46,270 nucleotides of DNA from Marivivens sp. (GTDB lineage Bacteria > Pseudomonadota > Alphaproteobacteria > Rhodobacterales > Rhodobacteraceae). Both the position numbers and the translations under genes were made by a program. Below the pieces are notes generated by a model, which was given only the letters and a program-made list of their open reading frames with translations, searched no databases and had not been told where the DNA came from. Below are positions 19,526 to 28,475 of this stretch, one piece after another; the stretch's first letter is position 1, and every line of letters starts with the position of its first letter. The stretch spans positions 1 to 46,270 of the forward strand of contig JBNKUW010000002.1 of the NCBI GenBank assembly GCA_050298835.1, read 5' to 3'.

Positions 19526-21625
19526 ATGGCGCAGGTCGAGGTAACCATATACAGGCAGGGACGGGAGATCGCTCGGGTGACGCGTCCCTTGCGGCATGTC
19601 GACGGAAAACCTGTCGTCAAATACAAGAAGCAGTTCCGGCCGCTGGTCAACGGCGGCGAGGTCTGGCTCGACGGCATCGCGCCCGCCACCGACACTGGGA
19701 CAGTGGGCATGAATGAAAGCGAAGCCACCCCTGAATTCCAGGTCGTTCCCCCGGCTCTGATAGAGTGGGACGAGTCGCAGCGGGCGGTGATCGACATGCC
19801 GCCCGAGGATCGTTTGCTGGTCGGGGCCGGTCCGGGCACGGGCAAGACAGCCGTCGCCTGCGCGCGGGTTTCGCACTTGATCGATCGGGGCGGCCTGGAG
19901 CCGAGCCACATCTGGCTGATCAGTTTCACGCGCACCGCCGTGCGTGAAATCCGCGACCGGATCGCCGCCTATCTCGAAGACGCGGCGGCGGCTTATGCGG
20001 TCAAGATCGCAACGCTGGATTCGCACGCCTGGACACTGCATTCAGGATTTGATGAAGAGGCCAAAATCCTCGGCACCTACGAGGAAAACATCGAACGCGT
20101 GCGCGAACTCGTCCGGCGCGACGAGAATGTCGCAGAATATCTGGAGAGCGTCGAACACCTGGTCGTTGACGAGGCGCAGGATATCGTCGGCATACGCGCC
20201 GATTTGGTTGTCGAGTTGATTGGCAAAGTGTCGTCGTCCTGCGGAGTGACCGTCTTCGCGGACGAGGCGCAGGCCATCTATGGTTTCGCGGACGACCACG
20301 AGGTTCGGCCGGGCGAAGCCGGCGAACTGCCTTTGCCCGAGAAGATCCGTCGCGGCGCGGCCGGCGCGTTCCGGGAATGCGAGTTGACGCAGGTACATCG
20401 CACCGGCTCTCCGCAACTTCTGACAATCTTCTCGGACACACGCCGCAAGGTGCTGACAGGGGCGAGCGAGACCAACGACAAGCTCGCTGACATCAAGGAC
20501 GAGGTTATCAGTCTCGCGCATGGCGAAGCGCCGCGCGTTGACGATGCGGCGCTCGCCGAGCTTGAGGATGCTTTCATTCTCTATCGCAGGCGCTGCGACG
20601 TATTGCTGACCACCTCTATGCTGACTCAGAACGGCATCCCGCACCGGGTGCGGATGTCGGGTCTGCCCGTGTGTCTTGCGCCATGGATCGGCGCGGCGCT
20701 TTCCGAATACACGGGCGCCGATCTGAGTTGGGACGTGTTCATGACGCTGTGGACGGACAAGGTATACGGCACGTCGCTGGCCACATGCGACGCCGATGAC
20801 GCATGGGCAAATCTGGTGCGCATCGCGGGCCGCACGCAGACGGTCGTGGAGATGCGGCTATTGCGGCAGCGGCTCGGACGCAAACAGCCGCCCGCGGAAC
20901 TTTGTCATGCCGAGCTAGGGCTGCACGGCCCCATCGTCGGCACCATACATGCGTCCAAGGGGCGCGAAGCGGATACCGTGCATCTGATGCTGTCTGACAC
21001 GCAGGGCCGCAATGTGGATCAGGACGAAGAAGCGCGGGTCGTGTTCGTCGGCGCGACGCGCGGACGCTCGCGGCTGCTGATCGGCCGCGGCTGGCGACAG
21101 TTCGCAAGTCGGGTCGAGGCCTCCGGCAGGACATATTGCCTTCAGACGAAGGACAACAAGCCGCGCGCCCAGGTGGAAATAGGCCATGACGGCGACATCA
21201 GCGCCGAAGGCTTGGCCGGGCGAAGGTTCTTCGCAAACGCCGGTGCAGTGCGCGCTGCGCAAAGCCGGATACGCAGCTTCGCGGACGAGACCGTCTCACT
21301 CGTCGCCGAAAGCGACCGCGACTCCGATTTCGTCTATCGGCTTAAGGAAGACGGACAGGGAGACTGTCTCGCAGTCCTATCCCAGGCGGTCAATTACGAT
21401 CTGTTCACAGTCGCCGATGCCGTGCAGAAGAAACTCGGCGGCGACAGGAGACGACCGCCCGACAGGATCCGGCATCTCCATGTGCGCGGGGTGCGCACGA
21501 TCGTCCTGCCGCCGGATGCGCAAGAAGGCGAGACGCTGTTTGAGCCGTGGCGCAGCAGCGGGATCATGCTGGCTCCGCTGGTGCTGGGCTACAGCACAGC
21601 GTTTTTCGGACGAAGGAGGCAGTGA
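19526..21625 (+). CDS. UvrD/SF1-like helicase with unknown N- and C-terminal extensions
   Basis: AGPGTGKT, SFTRTA, VVDEAQD, ADEAQAIYGF, TIHASKGREAD, FVGATRGR. Confidence 0.88.
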   Translation: MAQVEVTIYRQGREIARVTRPLRHVDGKPVVKYKKQFRPLVNGGEVWLDGIAPATDTGTVGMNESEATPEFQVVPPALIEWDESQRAVIDMPPEDRLLVGAGPGTGKTAVACARVSHLIDRGGLEPSHIWLISFTRTAVREIRDRIAAYLEDAAAAYAVKIATLDSHAWTLHSGFDEEAKILGTYEENIERVRELVRRDENVAEYLESVEHLVVDEAQDIVGIRADLVVELIGKVSSSCGVTVFADEAQAIYGFADDHEVRPGEAGELPLPEKIRRGAAGAFRECELTQVHRTGSPQLLTIFSDTRRKVLTGASETNDKLADIKDEVISLAHGEAPRVDDAALAELEDAFILYRRRCDVLLTTSMLTQNGIPHRVRMSGLPVCLAPWIGAALSEYTGADLSWDVFMTLWTDKVYGTSLATCDADDAWANLVRIAGRTQTVVEMRLLRQRLGRKQPPAELCHAELGLHGPIVGTIHASKGREADTVHLMLSDTQGRNVDQDEEARVVFVGATRGRSRLLIGRGWRQFASRVEASGRTYCLQTKDNKPRAQVEIGHDGDISAEGLAGRRFFANAGAVRAAQSRIRSFADETVSLVAESDRDSDFVYRLKEDGQGDCLAVLSQAVNYDLFTVADAVQKKLGGDRRRPPDRIRHLHVRGVRTIVLPPDAQEGETLFEPWRSSGIMLAPLVLGYSTAFFGRRRQ

Positions 21626-21626
21626 C

Positions 21627-24600
21627 ATGCGCGATAGTCTTCTAGACAGGCTCAGATGCGATCTGATGGGGCCGTATACTGAGAATGAGATCCTGACCTC
21701 ACGTCCTTCGGACGTCTATCTTACCGGCATCTTGTGGCCGCGTGAAACTCGCATGGGTGCGGAGGAAGATGAACGTCTCGGCCTGTCCGGCGGGGAGGAC
21801 AATGAAGCTGACGGCGGCGGCGAAGAAGAGGAAGTCTCGCTGGCCGGCCTCGTACGGCCGTGTTCGGCGGGCGTATCCTTCGCCGCGCGCGCGGTGGACA
21901 GCAGGTCTCCCAGACTCGACGTGAGAGTCCGTTTCGCAACCTACGAACCCGTCGTTCCCGAAGAGGCTGACGCAAATGAGCAGGAAAACGGGGGCGGTGC
22001 CCGGCGGCGCATAGATTGGCTACGCCGGGCGCACGACATACCGGTGGACGACGTCACGCTGGACGATACCTCGCGCTTCGTCGATCTCGAACCGCATGGC
22101 GCGCCAACGGGCGTGCGATTGCACATACGCACTGCCTCATGGTCGGGCGGTACGCTCTCCACGGTCACACTGCTGAACCAAGCCGAACCCGACGAAGACG
22201 AAGGCCGTAATGGTATCGAACGGCTGACGCTGTTCCAGACCCGCGTCGAGATTCGCCCACGGCCGGGCACAGTGCTGGTGGCGCGACCGTCGCGGCGGGC
22301 AGTGCTCGATGACGACGATCGCGGCGCGGCGCTTCTGTACCGCAACGCCCATGAATTCGCGACCGGTCACACCTGCTCAGTCGAATGGGAGACAGGGACA
22401 GATCCGACGACAGCCGAGATGGTTGCCACTAGCTGGATTCCCACCGCCACTGTGCCCGCGACCAGCGCGGCCGGTCACGAGGTGTTCGACACGCTGCGCA
22501 AGGACGGGCCGCTCAAACCGCTTTCGGTGCGTTGGCTGGCGATAGCTGCGCCGGACGAACTCGGCCACGCCCTGCAACAGCTTCCCGCCGCCTATGCGCG
22601 TTGGCTCAAAGACAGGGAAGCGGAAGTGCCTTCACTTCCCGCAGAGTTCCGGGACCAAGCCGCAAAGAACATCGCGATCTGCCGCGAAGTCCACGACCGA
22701 ATGTCACGTGGTGCTGCGCGCATCGCCGAAGACTCCGCGATGTCGCGCGCCTTCCGCCTAGCCAATCTTGCAATGGACATGCAGCACGGTTGGGACCCCG
22801 AGAAAAGCGCGCGGGGCCCCCTTGCGTGGCGGCCGTTCCAGCTCGGCTTCATCCTGCTAGCGGCCGCATCCGTCGCCGACCGCGAGCATCCGGAACGCCG
22901 GATCATGGACCTGCTCTGGTTCCCGACCGGCGGCGGCAAGACGGAAGCCTATCTCTCGCTCATCGCCTTCCTCGCTTTCTACAGAAGGCTGTCCGCCGGC
23001 GACGATCCGGACGCTGGCGACGGTGTCGCTGCGATCATGCGCTACACGCTGCGCCTATTGACCACGCAGCAATTTACGCGCGCCGCCTCGGTCCTGCTCG
23101 CCTGTGAGGCGATCCGTCGCGGACGCATCCGCGAAGCGGGCGTGTCGCGCCGGGAACTGGGAAACACGCCGTTCTCGATCGGTCTCTGGGTCGGGGGCGA
23201 TGCCGTACCGAACCGCGTAAGCGACGCCGCAGCGGCGCTCGGCGGCGCGCCGGACCAGCCGACACCAAAGCAACTCGTGCATTGCCCGGCCTGTCGCGAG
23301 GCGCTGACCTGGGAACACGACGAACAAGCAAATGCCATTCACGTCCGCTGCGAGAACGAAGACTGCCTCCTGTTTAATCCAGATACCCCACTCCCGGTGT
23401 GGACCGTGGACGAAGATGTTTACAGGATACGTCCGACGCTGCTGATTGGCACGATCGACAAGTTTGCGCAGATCGTCCGGCGCAAGGAAGTCAACGGCCT
23501 GTTCGGGCTGAACGCCGGTACGCCGCCCGATTTGATCCTTCAGGATGAGCTGCATCTGATTTCCGGACCGCTCGGCACGGTCGCCGGTCTCTATGAGGTC
23601 GCGATTGACCGTATGTTCGCCGCGCGCGGCGCGCGCCCGAAAATCATTGGCTCCACGGCGACGATCCGGCGCGCTTCCGAACAGGTGGCCGCACTGTTCG
23701 ACCGCAAGACGGAGCAATTCCCGCCGTCGTGTCTGGACGCCTCAGATTCCGCATTCGCCATCGTGGATCGCGACGCGCCCGGTCGCGTCTATGCGGGCGT
23801 TACCACGGCGGGCCGGTCCGCGAAATTCACGCTACAGGGTGTGGCCGCGTCCGTTCTCCAATCCGCTTGGGGCAGCACATCGGATGAGGCCGCGCGCGAT
23901 CCGTACTGGACGCTGGTGTCGTATTTCAACTCGCTGCGCGAGCTGGGTGGCGCGCTTGTCCTGATGCAGGACGACGTAAACGACAGTCTCGCACTACTTG
24001 CGCAGCGACGGGGCGAGACGGTGCGTCACCCCGAGTTCATTGAAGAGCTGACCTCCAGGCGCACGCAGGCCGAAGTCCGGGACATGCTGGATCGGCTCGC
24101 GATCCGCGCCGCCGATCAGGGCGCGCTCGATGTCGTCCTCGCGACGAACATGCTCAGCGTCGGCGTTGATATTCCACGTCTGGGCCTGATGCTGGTCAAC
24201 GGCCAGCCGAAAGGCATCGCCGAGTACATACAGGCGACTAGCCGCGTCGGACGCGGCGACGTGCCGGGGCTCGTCGTCGCCGTGCTCAACAATGCCAAGG
24301 CCCGCGACAGATCACACTATGAAAGCTTCCCGACCTGGCACGAAACTCTGTACCGAGATGTCGAACCGACCAGCGTGACACCCTTTGCCTCTCGGGCGCG
24401 CGACCGCGCGCTACACGCTGTGTTCGTGGCGTTGGTGCGTCACTTGGCGCCCGGCATGATCGACCTGCCGGCACTCGACGACGATGCGATCAATGTCGCG
24501 AAAGGCCTTATAGACGACATCGTCAGACGCGCCGCGGCGATCGATCCGCAGGAAGCGGCTGTGAGGATGGAGCTGGAGCGTTGCCTCGATACCTGGGAGT

Positions 24601-24812
24601 TCCGCGCGCCGCGAAGCTACTGGAGCCGACAGGTCCGCAACTCACTGCTTCAGGATGCAGAACGCGCCGCAACCTTGAGGGCGATGGGACGCATGCCGGG
24701 GGAAGCCTGGCCGACGCCGAACAACATGCGCAGCGTCGAAGCCGCAACAAGATTCAGGCTCGCCGAATGGCTGCGCGAACGGACATCCGGGGGGAATGGT
24801 AATGGCGAATAA
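21627..24812 (+). CDS. drmA: DISARM-type SF2 helicase DrmA
   Basis: WRPFQL, LLWFPTGGGKTEAY, RYTLRLLTTQQF, QDELHLISGPLG, ELTSR, ATNMLSVGVDIPRL, EYIQATSRVGR, RDRSHYE. AGGAGG RBS supports the start at 21627. Confidence 0.85.
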   Translation: MRDSLLDRLRCDLMGPYTENEILTSRPSDVYLTGILWPRETRMGAEEDERLGLSGGEDNEADGGGEEEEVSLAGLVRPCSAGVSFAARAVDSRSPRLDVRVRFATYEPVVPEEADANEQENGGGARRRIDWLRRAHDIPVDDVTLDDTSRFVDLEPHGAPTGVRLHIRTASWSGGTLSTVTLLNQAEPDEDEGRNGIERLTLFQTRVEIRPRPGTVLVARPSRRAVLDDDDRGAALLYRNAHEFATGHTCSVEWETGTDPTTAEMVATSWIPTATVPATSAAGHEVFDTLRKDGPLKPLSVRWLAIAAPDELGHALQQLPAAYARWLKDREAEVPSLPAEFRDQAAKNIAICREVHDRMSRGAARIAEDSAMSRAFRLANLAMDMQHGWDPEKSARGPLAWRPFQLGFILLAAASVADREHPERRIMDLLWFPTGGGKTEAYLSLIAFLAFYRRLSAGDDPDAGDGVAAIMRYTLRLLTTQQFTRAASVLLACEAIRRGRIREAGVSRRELGNTPFSIGLWVGGDAVPNRVSDAAAALGGAPDQPTPKQLVHCPACREALTWEHDEQANAIHVRCENEDCLLFNPDTPLPVWTVDEDVYRIRPTLLIGTIDKFAQIVRRKEVNGLFGLNAGTPPDLILQDELHLISGPLGTVAGLYEVAIDRMFAARGARPKIIGSTATIRRASEQVAALFDRKTEQFPPSCLDASDSAFAIVDRDAPGRVYAGVTTAGRSAKFTLQGVAASVLQSAWGSTSDEAARDPYWTLVSYFNSLRELGGALVLMQDDVNDSLALLAQRRGETVRHPEFIEELTSRRTQAEVRDMLDRLAIRAADQGALDVVLATNMLSVGVDIPRLGLMLVNGQPKGIAEYIQATSRVGRGDVPGLVVAVLNNAKARDRSHYESFPTWHETLYRDVEPTSVTPFASRARDRALHAVFVALVRHLAPGMIDLPALDDDAINVAKGLIDDIVRRAAAIDPQEAAVRMELERCLDTWEFRAPRSYWSRQVRNSLLQDAERAATLRAMGRMPGEAWPTPNNMRSVEAATRFRLAEWLRERTSGGNGNGE

Positions 24813-26643
24813 CCGGCTGGGAGAATTGCGTAGAAGCGCTGCCGTTATGACCTTTGGACCGGGTTCCGTCGTAGACTTCCGCGCGGATGGCGCGCCCGTA
24901 TCGGCCGTCGCGGCGGGGCTTGAGGAATGGGACAGGTCTTTTCCGCCGGCGGGGTTGGCTAATCCACAAAGGATTACGGAACCGCGTTTACAGCGAAAGC
25001 TCTCCGTCGGCGGATTTCGTCTGCCGCCGGTCGTCGATGAAAACTGGCGGGACGATCAGGGAAATCCGGACCGTCGCACCCTCGTCGCGGCGCGATTCCC
25101 GGAATGGCTGCAATGCCCGCAATGCGACCGTCTTGCACCGGCGGGTCGTTGGTCGCAGGACCCCGGTCGAGCCGGTCGTTATTGCGCGGGTTGCACCCGC
25201 AAGGCACCGGGGCAGCGAAAAGTGTTCGCGGTGCCTGTCCGCTTCGTCATGGCTTGTACCAAAGGGCACCTGGACGATTTCCCGTGGCATATCTGGGTCG
25301 GGCACAAGACCGATTGCAAGAAGAAGGACCGCGCCGATCTCTATCTCAGATCGGAACGGCCCGGCCTCGCCGGGCTGGTTCTGAGCTGCCGCGACTGCGG
25401 AGCACGGCGCTCGATGGATGGGGTGTTTAGTGCTCAGACTTGGCGCGGTTTCCGTTGCCGCGGTCGGCGCCCCTGGCTTGCCGCAGCGAACGAGACATGC
25501 GATTGTGAACCGCGGGCACTGCAACGCGGTGCATCGAACCTGTATTTTCCGGTGATCGAGTCGGCGCTCAGCATTCCACCATGGTCAGACGCAATACAGG
25601 AAGCGCTTGGCGTGTACTGGAACCCGATTGTCACGACCAAGTCTGAAGACCGCGCGACCTTCATCCGCATTCTCGCCCAAGGCGATCTTGAACCCGTCTT
25701 GCGGGAACTCGGCCTTAGCCCTGCTGAGTTGGCGCGTCAGATCGAGGATCGCCTAACCCAATACAACGACGACGCCATCCTGAATATCCGCCAGGAGGAA
25801 TACAGGCAATTCGTGTCGGGCATAGACACGCGGGATAGAGACGCGCGCGAATTCGAGGTACGCAACGTGCGCGTGCCCGACAGTCTGCTCCCGTTCTTCA
25901 GCCGCGTCGTTCGTGTTGTCCGGCTGCGTGAAGTGCGTGCCCTGAAGGGTTTCACGCGGATCAATCCGCCGGGTGACGAGGACAGCCCGGACATTGCGGC
26001 AATCGCCGTTGGCGATCCCGGTTGGCTTCCAGCGGTGGAGGTCCGTGGCGAAGGCATCTTCCTCGCCTTCAACTCTGACACGCTCCGCGTCTGGGAAACG
26101 CGAGACGATGTGGTGTCGCGCGCGCAAAGCGTCGATGAAGCGTGGCGGATCGAATGGCACCGGCGGTACGGCGAAGGGGAGCCCGCTTGGCCAATAACGC
26201 CGCGCTACCTTCTGGCGCACAGCTTCGCACATGCGCTCATGCGCCAGCTCACGCTGGAATGCGGCTACTCGACCGCAGCCCTGCGAGAACGACTCTATGT
26301 GAGCGACGGAAGTGACGGTATGGCGGGGCTTCTAATCTATACCGCCACCTCCGATTCCGACGGCACGCTCGGCGGTTTGCAGCGTCAGGGCGAAGCCCTG
26401 CGCATCGAACGGGCGGTAGGCGCAGCGATCGCGGCAATGGAATGGTGTTCCTCCGATCCACTATGCATCGAGGGTATGATCTCCGGCGCCGACGGCCTGT
26501 CCCTCGCCGCATGTCATGCCTGTGTCCTAGCGCCGGAGACTGCTTGCGAGGAATACAACCGCTTCCTGGATCGGGCCTCGCTCGTCGGCCTGCCGGGCAC
26601 GCCCGAGGTCGGATTCTTCTCACCGCTTGTTTCGGGGACGTGA
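24796..26643 (+). CDS. drmB: DUF1998 protein DrmB
   Basis: RRSAAVMTFGPGSVVD, ACTKGHLDDFPW, GASNLYFP, GEGIF, HSFAHALMRQL..ECGY...LRERLY, WCSSDPLC...AACHAC...ETACE. Alternative ATG at 24802. Confidence 0.88.
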   Translation: MVMANNRLGELRRSAAVMTFGPGSVVDFRADGAPVSAVAAGLEEWDRSFPPAGLANPQRITEPRLQRKLSVGGFRLPPVVDENWRDDQGNPDRRTLVAARFPEWLQCPQCDRLAPAGRWSQDPGRAGRYCAGCTRKAPGQRKVFAVPVRFVMACTKGHLDDFPWHIWVGHKTDCKKKDRADLYLRSERPGLAGLVLSCRDCGARRSMDGVFSAQTWRGFRCRGRRPWLAAANETCDCEPRALQRGASNLYFPVIESALSIPPWSDAIQEALGVYWNPIVTTKSEDRATFIRILAQGDLEPVLRELGLSPAELARQIEDRLTQYNDDAILNIRQEEYRQFVSGIDTRDRDAREFEVRNVRVPDSLLPFFSRVVRVVRLREVRALKGFTRINPPGDEDSPDIAAIAVGDPGWLPAVEVRGEGIFLAFNSDTLRVWETRDDVVSRAQSVDEAWRIEWHRRYGEGEPAWPITPRYLLAHSFAHALMRQLTLECGYSTAALRERLYVSDGSDGMAGLLIYTATSDSDGTLGGLQRQGEALRIERAVGAAIAAMEWCSSDPLCIEGMISGADGLSLAACHACVLAPETACEEYNRFLDRASLVGLPGTPEVGFFSPLVSGT

Positions 26644-26644
26644 C

Positions 26645-28342
26645 ATGGCGGTGATGTGGCCAAGAACGCTCCCATCCGACGTTACGGGCAATATGCTGCG
26701 AAGCACGGAATGCGAGGTCTTCAGACGACTGGAGGCCGTACTGGATGACTCCTTCGTCGTCTTCTATTCGAGGCCATGGCTCGGGTTGAAGGCCGATGGT
26801 GAGGAAATCGACGGCGAGTGCGATTTCATCGTCGCGCATCCCGAACTCGGGATGCTGACGCTGGAAGTGAAAGGCGGCGCGGTCGCCTATGATCCGCGCA
26901 CCGATCGATGGACGAGCCGCGATCGCTGGAAAGTCACGCACAACATCAAGAACCCGGTGCAGCAGGCCAGAAGCGCGAAACACGAGCTCTTAAGAAGACT
27001 GAATGCCTCACCGCACTGGAAGTCCCGGCGAATCCGCGCGCGGCACGGTGTCGTGCTGCCGCATTCGTCTATACCACCCGGCGATCTTGGCGCGGATATG
27101 CCGCACCGCATATTCTGTTTTGCCGAACGGTTCGAGGAGGGTTTCCGGGACTGGATTCTTGAGCGCTTTGGCGAGGTGTCCCCGGATGAAGGACGGACCA
27201 AAGAGCTGGGCCGGGATGGCCTTCGGGCGCTCGAAAAAATCCTCGCAAAACCGTTCCAGCTACGCACGCCCCTCAGCACGGTGCTGTCCCGCGACGATGC
27301 CGCGCTTCAGGTGCTGACGCAGCAGCAGTTTCATATCCTGCGCGCGATAGAGGCCGTGCCGCGGGCGGGCGTCAGCGGCGGAGCCGGAACTGGTAAGACC
27401 GTGCTGGCGATGGAGGAAGCTCGACGTTGCGCGGAAAGCGGCATGCGCACCCTTTTCGTCTGCTACAACCGCGGTTTGGCGAACGAATCCCGCCTTCGGC
27501 TCAAGGACGGCCCGCCGGTAACGGTGATGACGTTCCATGAGCTGTGCGCGGATATGGTCCGGCGCGCGGGCATCCCGCAACCGGAGGCTGTTTCGGACGC
27601 GCGCCTCTTCGAAGAAACCTGGCCCGACCTCCTGATGCAGGCATTCGAGCGACTTCCGGATGAGAGATACGATGCCATTATCGTCGATGAGGGGCAGGAT
27701 TTTCTGCCGCTATGGTGGATGGCGGTCGAGTCGGGTCTGAATCCCGAGAGCAGAGGCCTGCTCCGTATATTCTACGACAACAACCAGCGCGTATACGCGA
27801 GCGCGATCAAACTCCCGGAAGACGTTGACTTGGTCCCGATCCGCCTCACGCTGAACCTGCGCAACACGCGGCGCATCCACGAGCTGGTGCGCCAGCATTA
27901 CACCGGCCATGAAATCGAGGCCGTTGGTCCCGAAGGCGTCGAGGTTCACTGGATCAAGATGGACGCGCCGAACGCGCTCGCGAAGCAAATCTCTGACTGC
28001 GTAGGGAAGCTGAATTCACTCGAACGCGTGTCACCGGATGACATCGCGGTCCTGGTCGCCACAGAGGCGGCAATCGACAAGATTGCACCGGACGACCGCC
28101 TGGGCGAATTTCATACCGCGCGATGCGATAACCAATCCGAAGGCCGGATCGTCGTCGACAGCATCAGGCGTTTCAAAGGGCTTGAACGTCCGGTCGTCGT
28201 GATAGCAGCGACGCCGGATACTGTGATAGATACGGAGCTTCCCTATGTCGCTCTGTCGCGGGCGCGAACGCATCTGGTGATTGTCGGAAGCGACAAGGTC
28301 CTTAACCGGATGCGCGGCATGATCGGCGCAACGATCACGTGA
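26645..28342 (+). CDS. NERD nuclease domain fused to an SF1 helicase/ATPase
   Basis: PD-(D/E)xK-type GECDFIVAHPELGMLTLEVKGG and NPVQQA; then GGAGTGKT, IVDEGQD, NLRN, RFKGLE, YVALSRAR. Confidence 0.87.
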   Translation: MAVMWPRTLPSDVTGNMLRSTECEVFRRLEAVLDDSFVVFYSRPWLGLKADGEEIDGECDFIVAHPELGMLTLEVKGGAVAYDPRTDRWTSRDRWKVTHNIKNPVQQARSAKHELLRRLNASPHWKSRRIRARHGVVLPHSSIPPGDLGADMPHRIFCFAERFEEGFRDWILERFGEVSPDEGRTKELGRDGLRALEKILAKPFQLRTPLSTVLSRDDAALQVLTQQQFHILRAIEAVPRAGVSGGAGTGKTVLAMEEARRCAESGMRTLFVCYNRGLANESRLRLKDGPPVTVMTFHELCADMVRRAGIPQPEAVSDARLFEETWPDLLMQAFERLPDERYDAIIVDEGQDFLPLWWMAVESGLNPESRGLLRIFYDNNQRVYASAIKLPEDVDLVPIRLTLNLRNTRRIHELVRQHYTGHEIEAVGPEGVEVHWIKMDAPNALAKQISDCVGKLNSLERVSPDDIAVLVATEAAIDKIAPDDRLGEFHTARCDNQSEGRIVVDSIRRFKGLERPVVVIAATPDTVIDTELPYVALSRARTHLVIVGSDKVLNRMRGMIGATIT

Positions 28343-28475
28343 CGGCCAGCTCTGGCCCGCACTGCCGGAAAACACATAAACCCAACCGGAGGATTCTGGA
28401 TCATCTAAGCCCTGGCAGCGGGGAAAGGCCAGCAGGGACTTGAACGTGAGTTTCCCAACAACCAGTGCCTGACTG

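Noticed and set aside
21186-21626. 147-aa N-terminal extension of DrmA in the ORF track
   Set aside because: It overlaps the UvrD gene in another frame, and a strong AGGAGG RBS supports ATG 21627.
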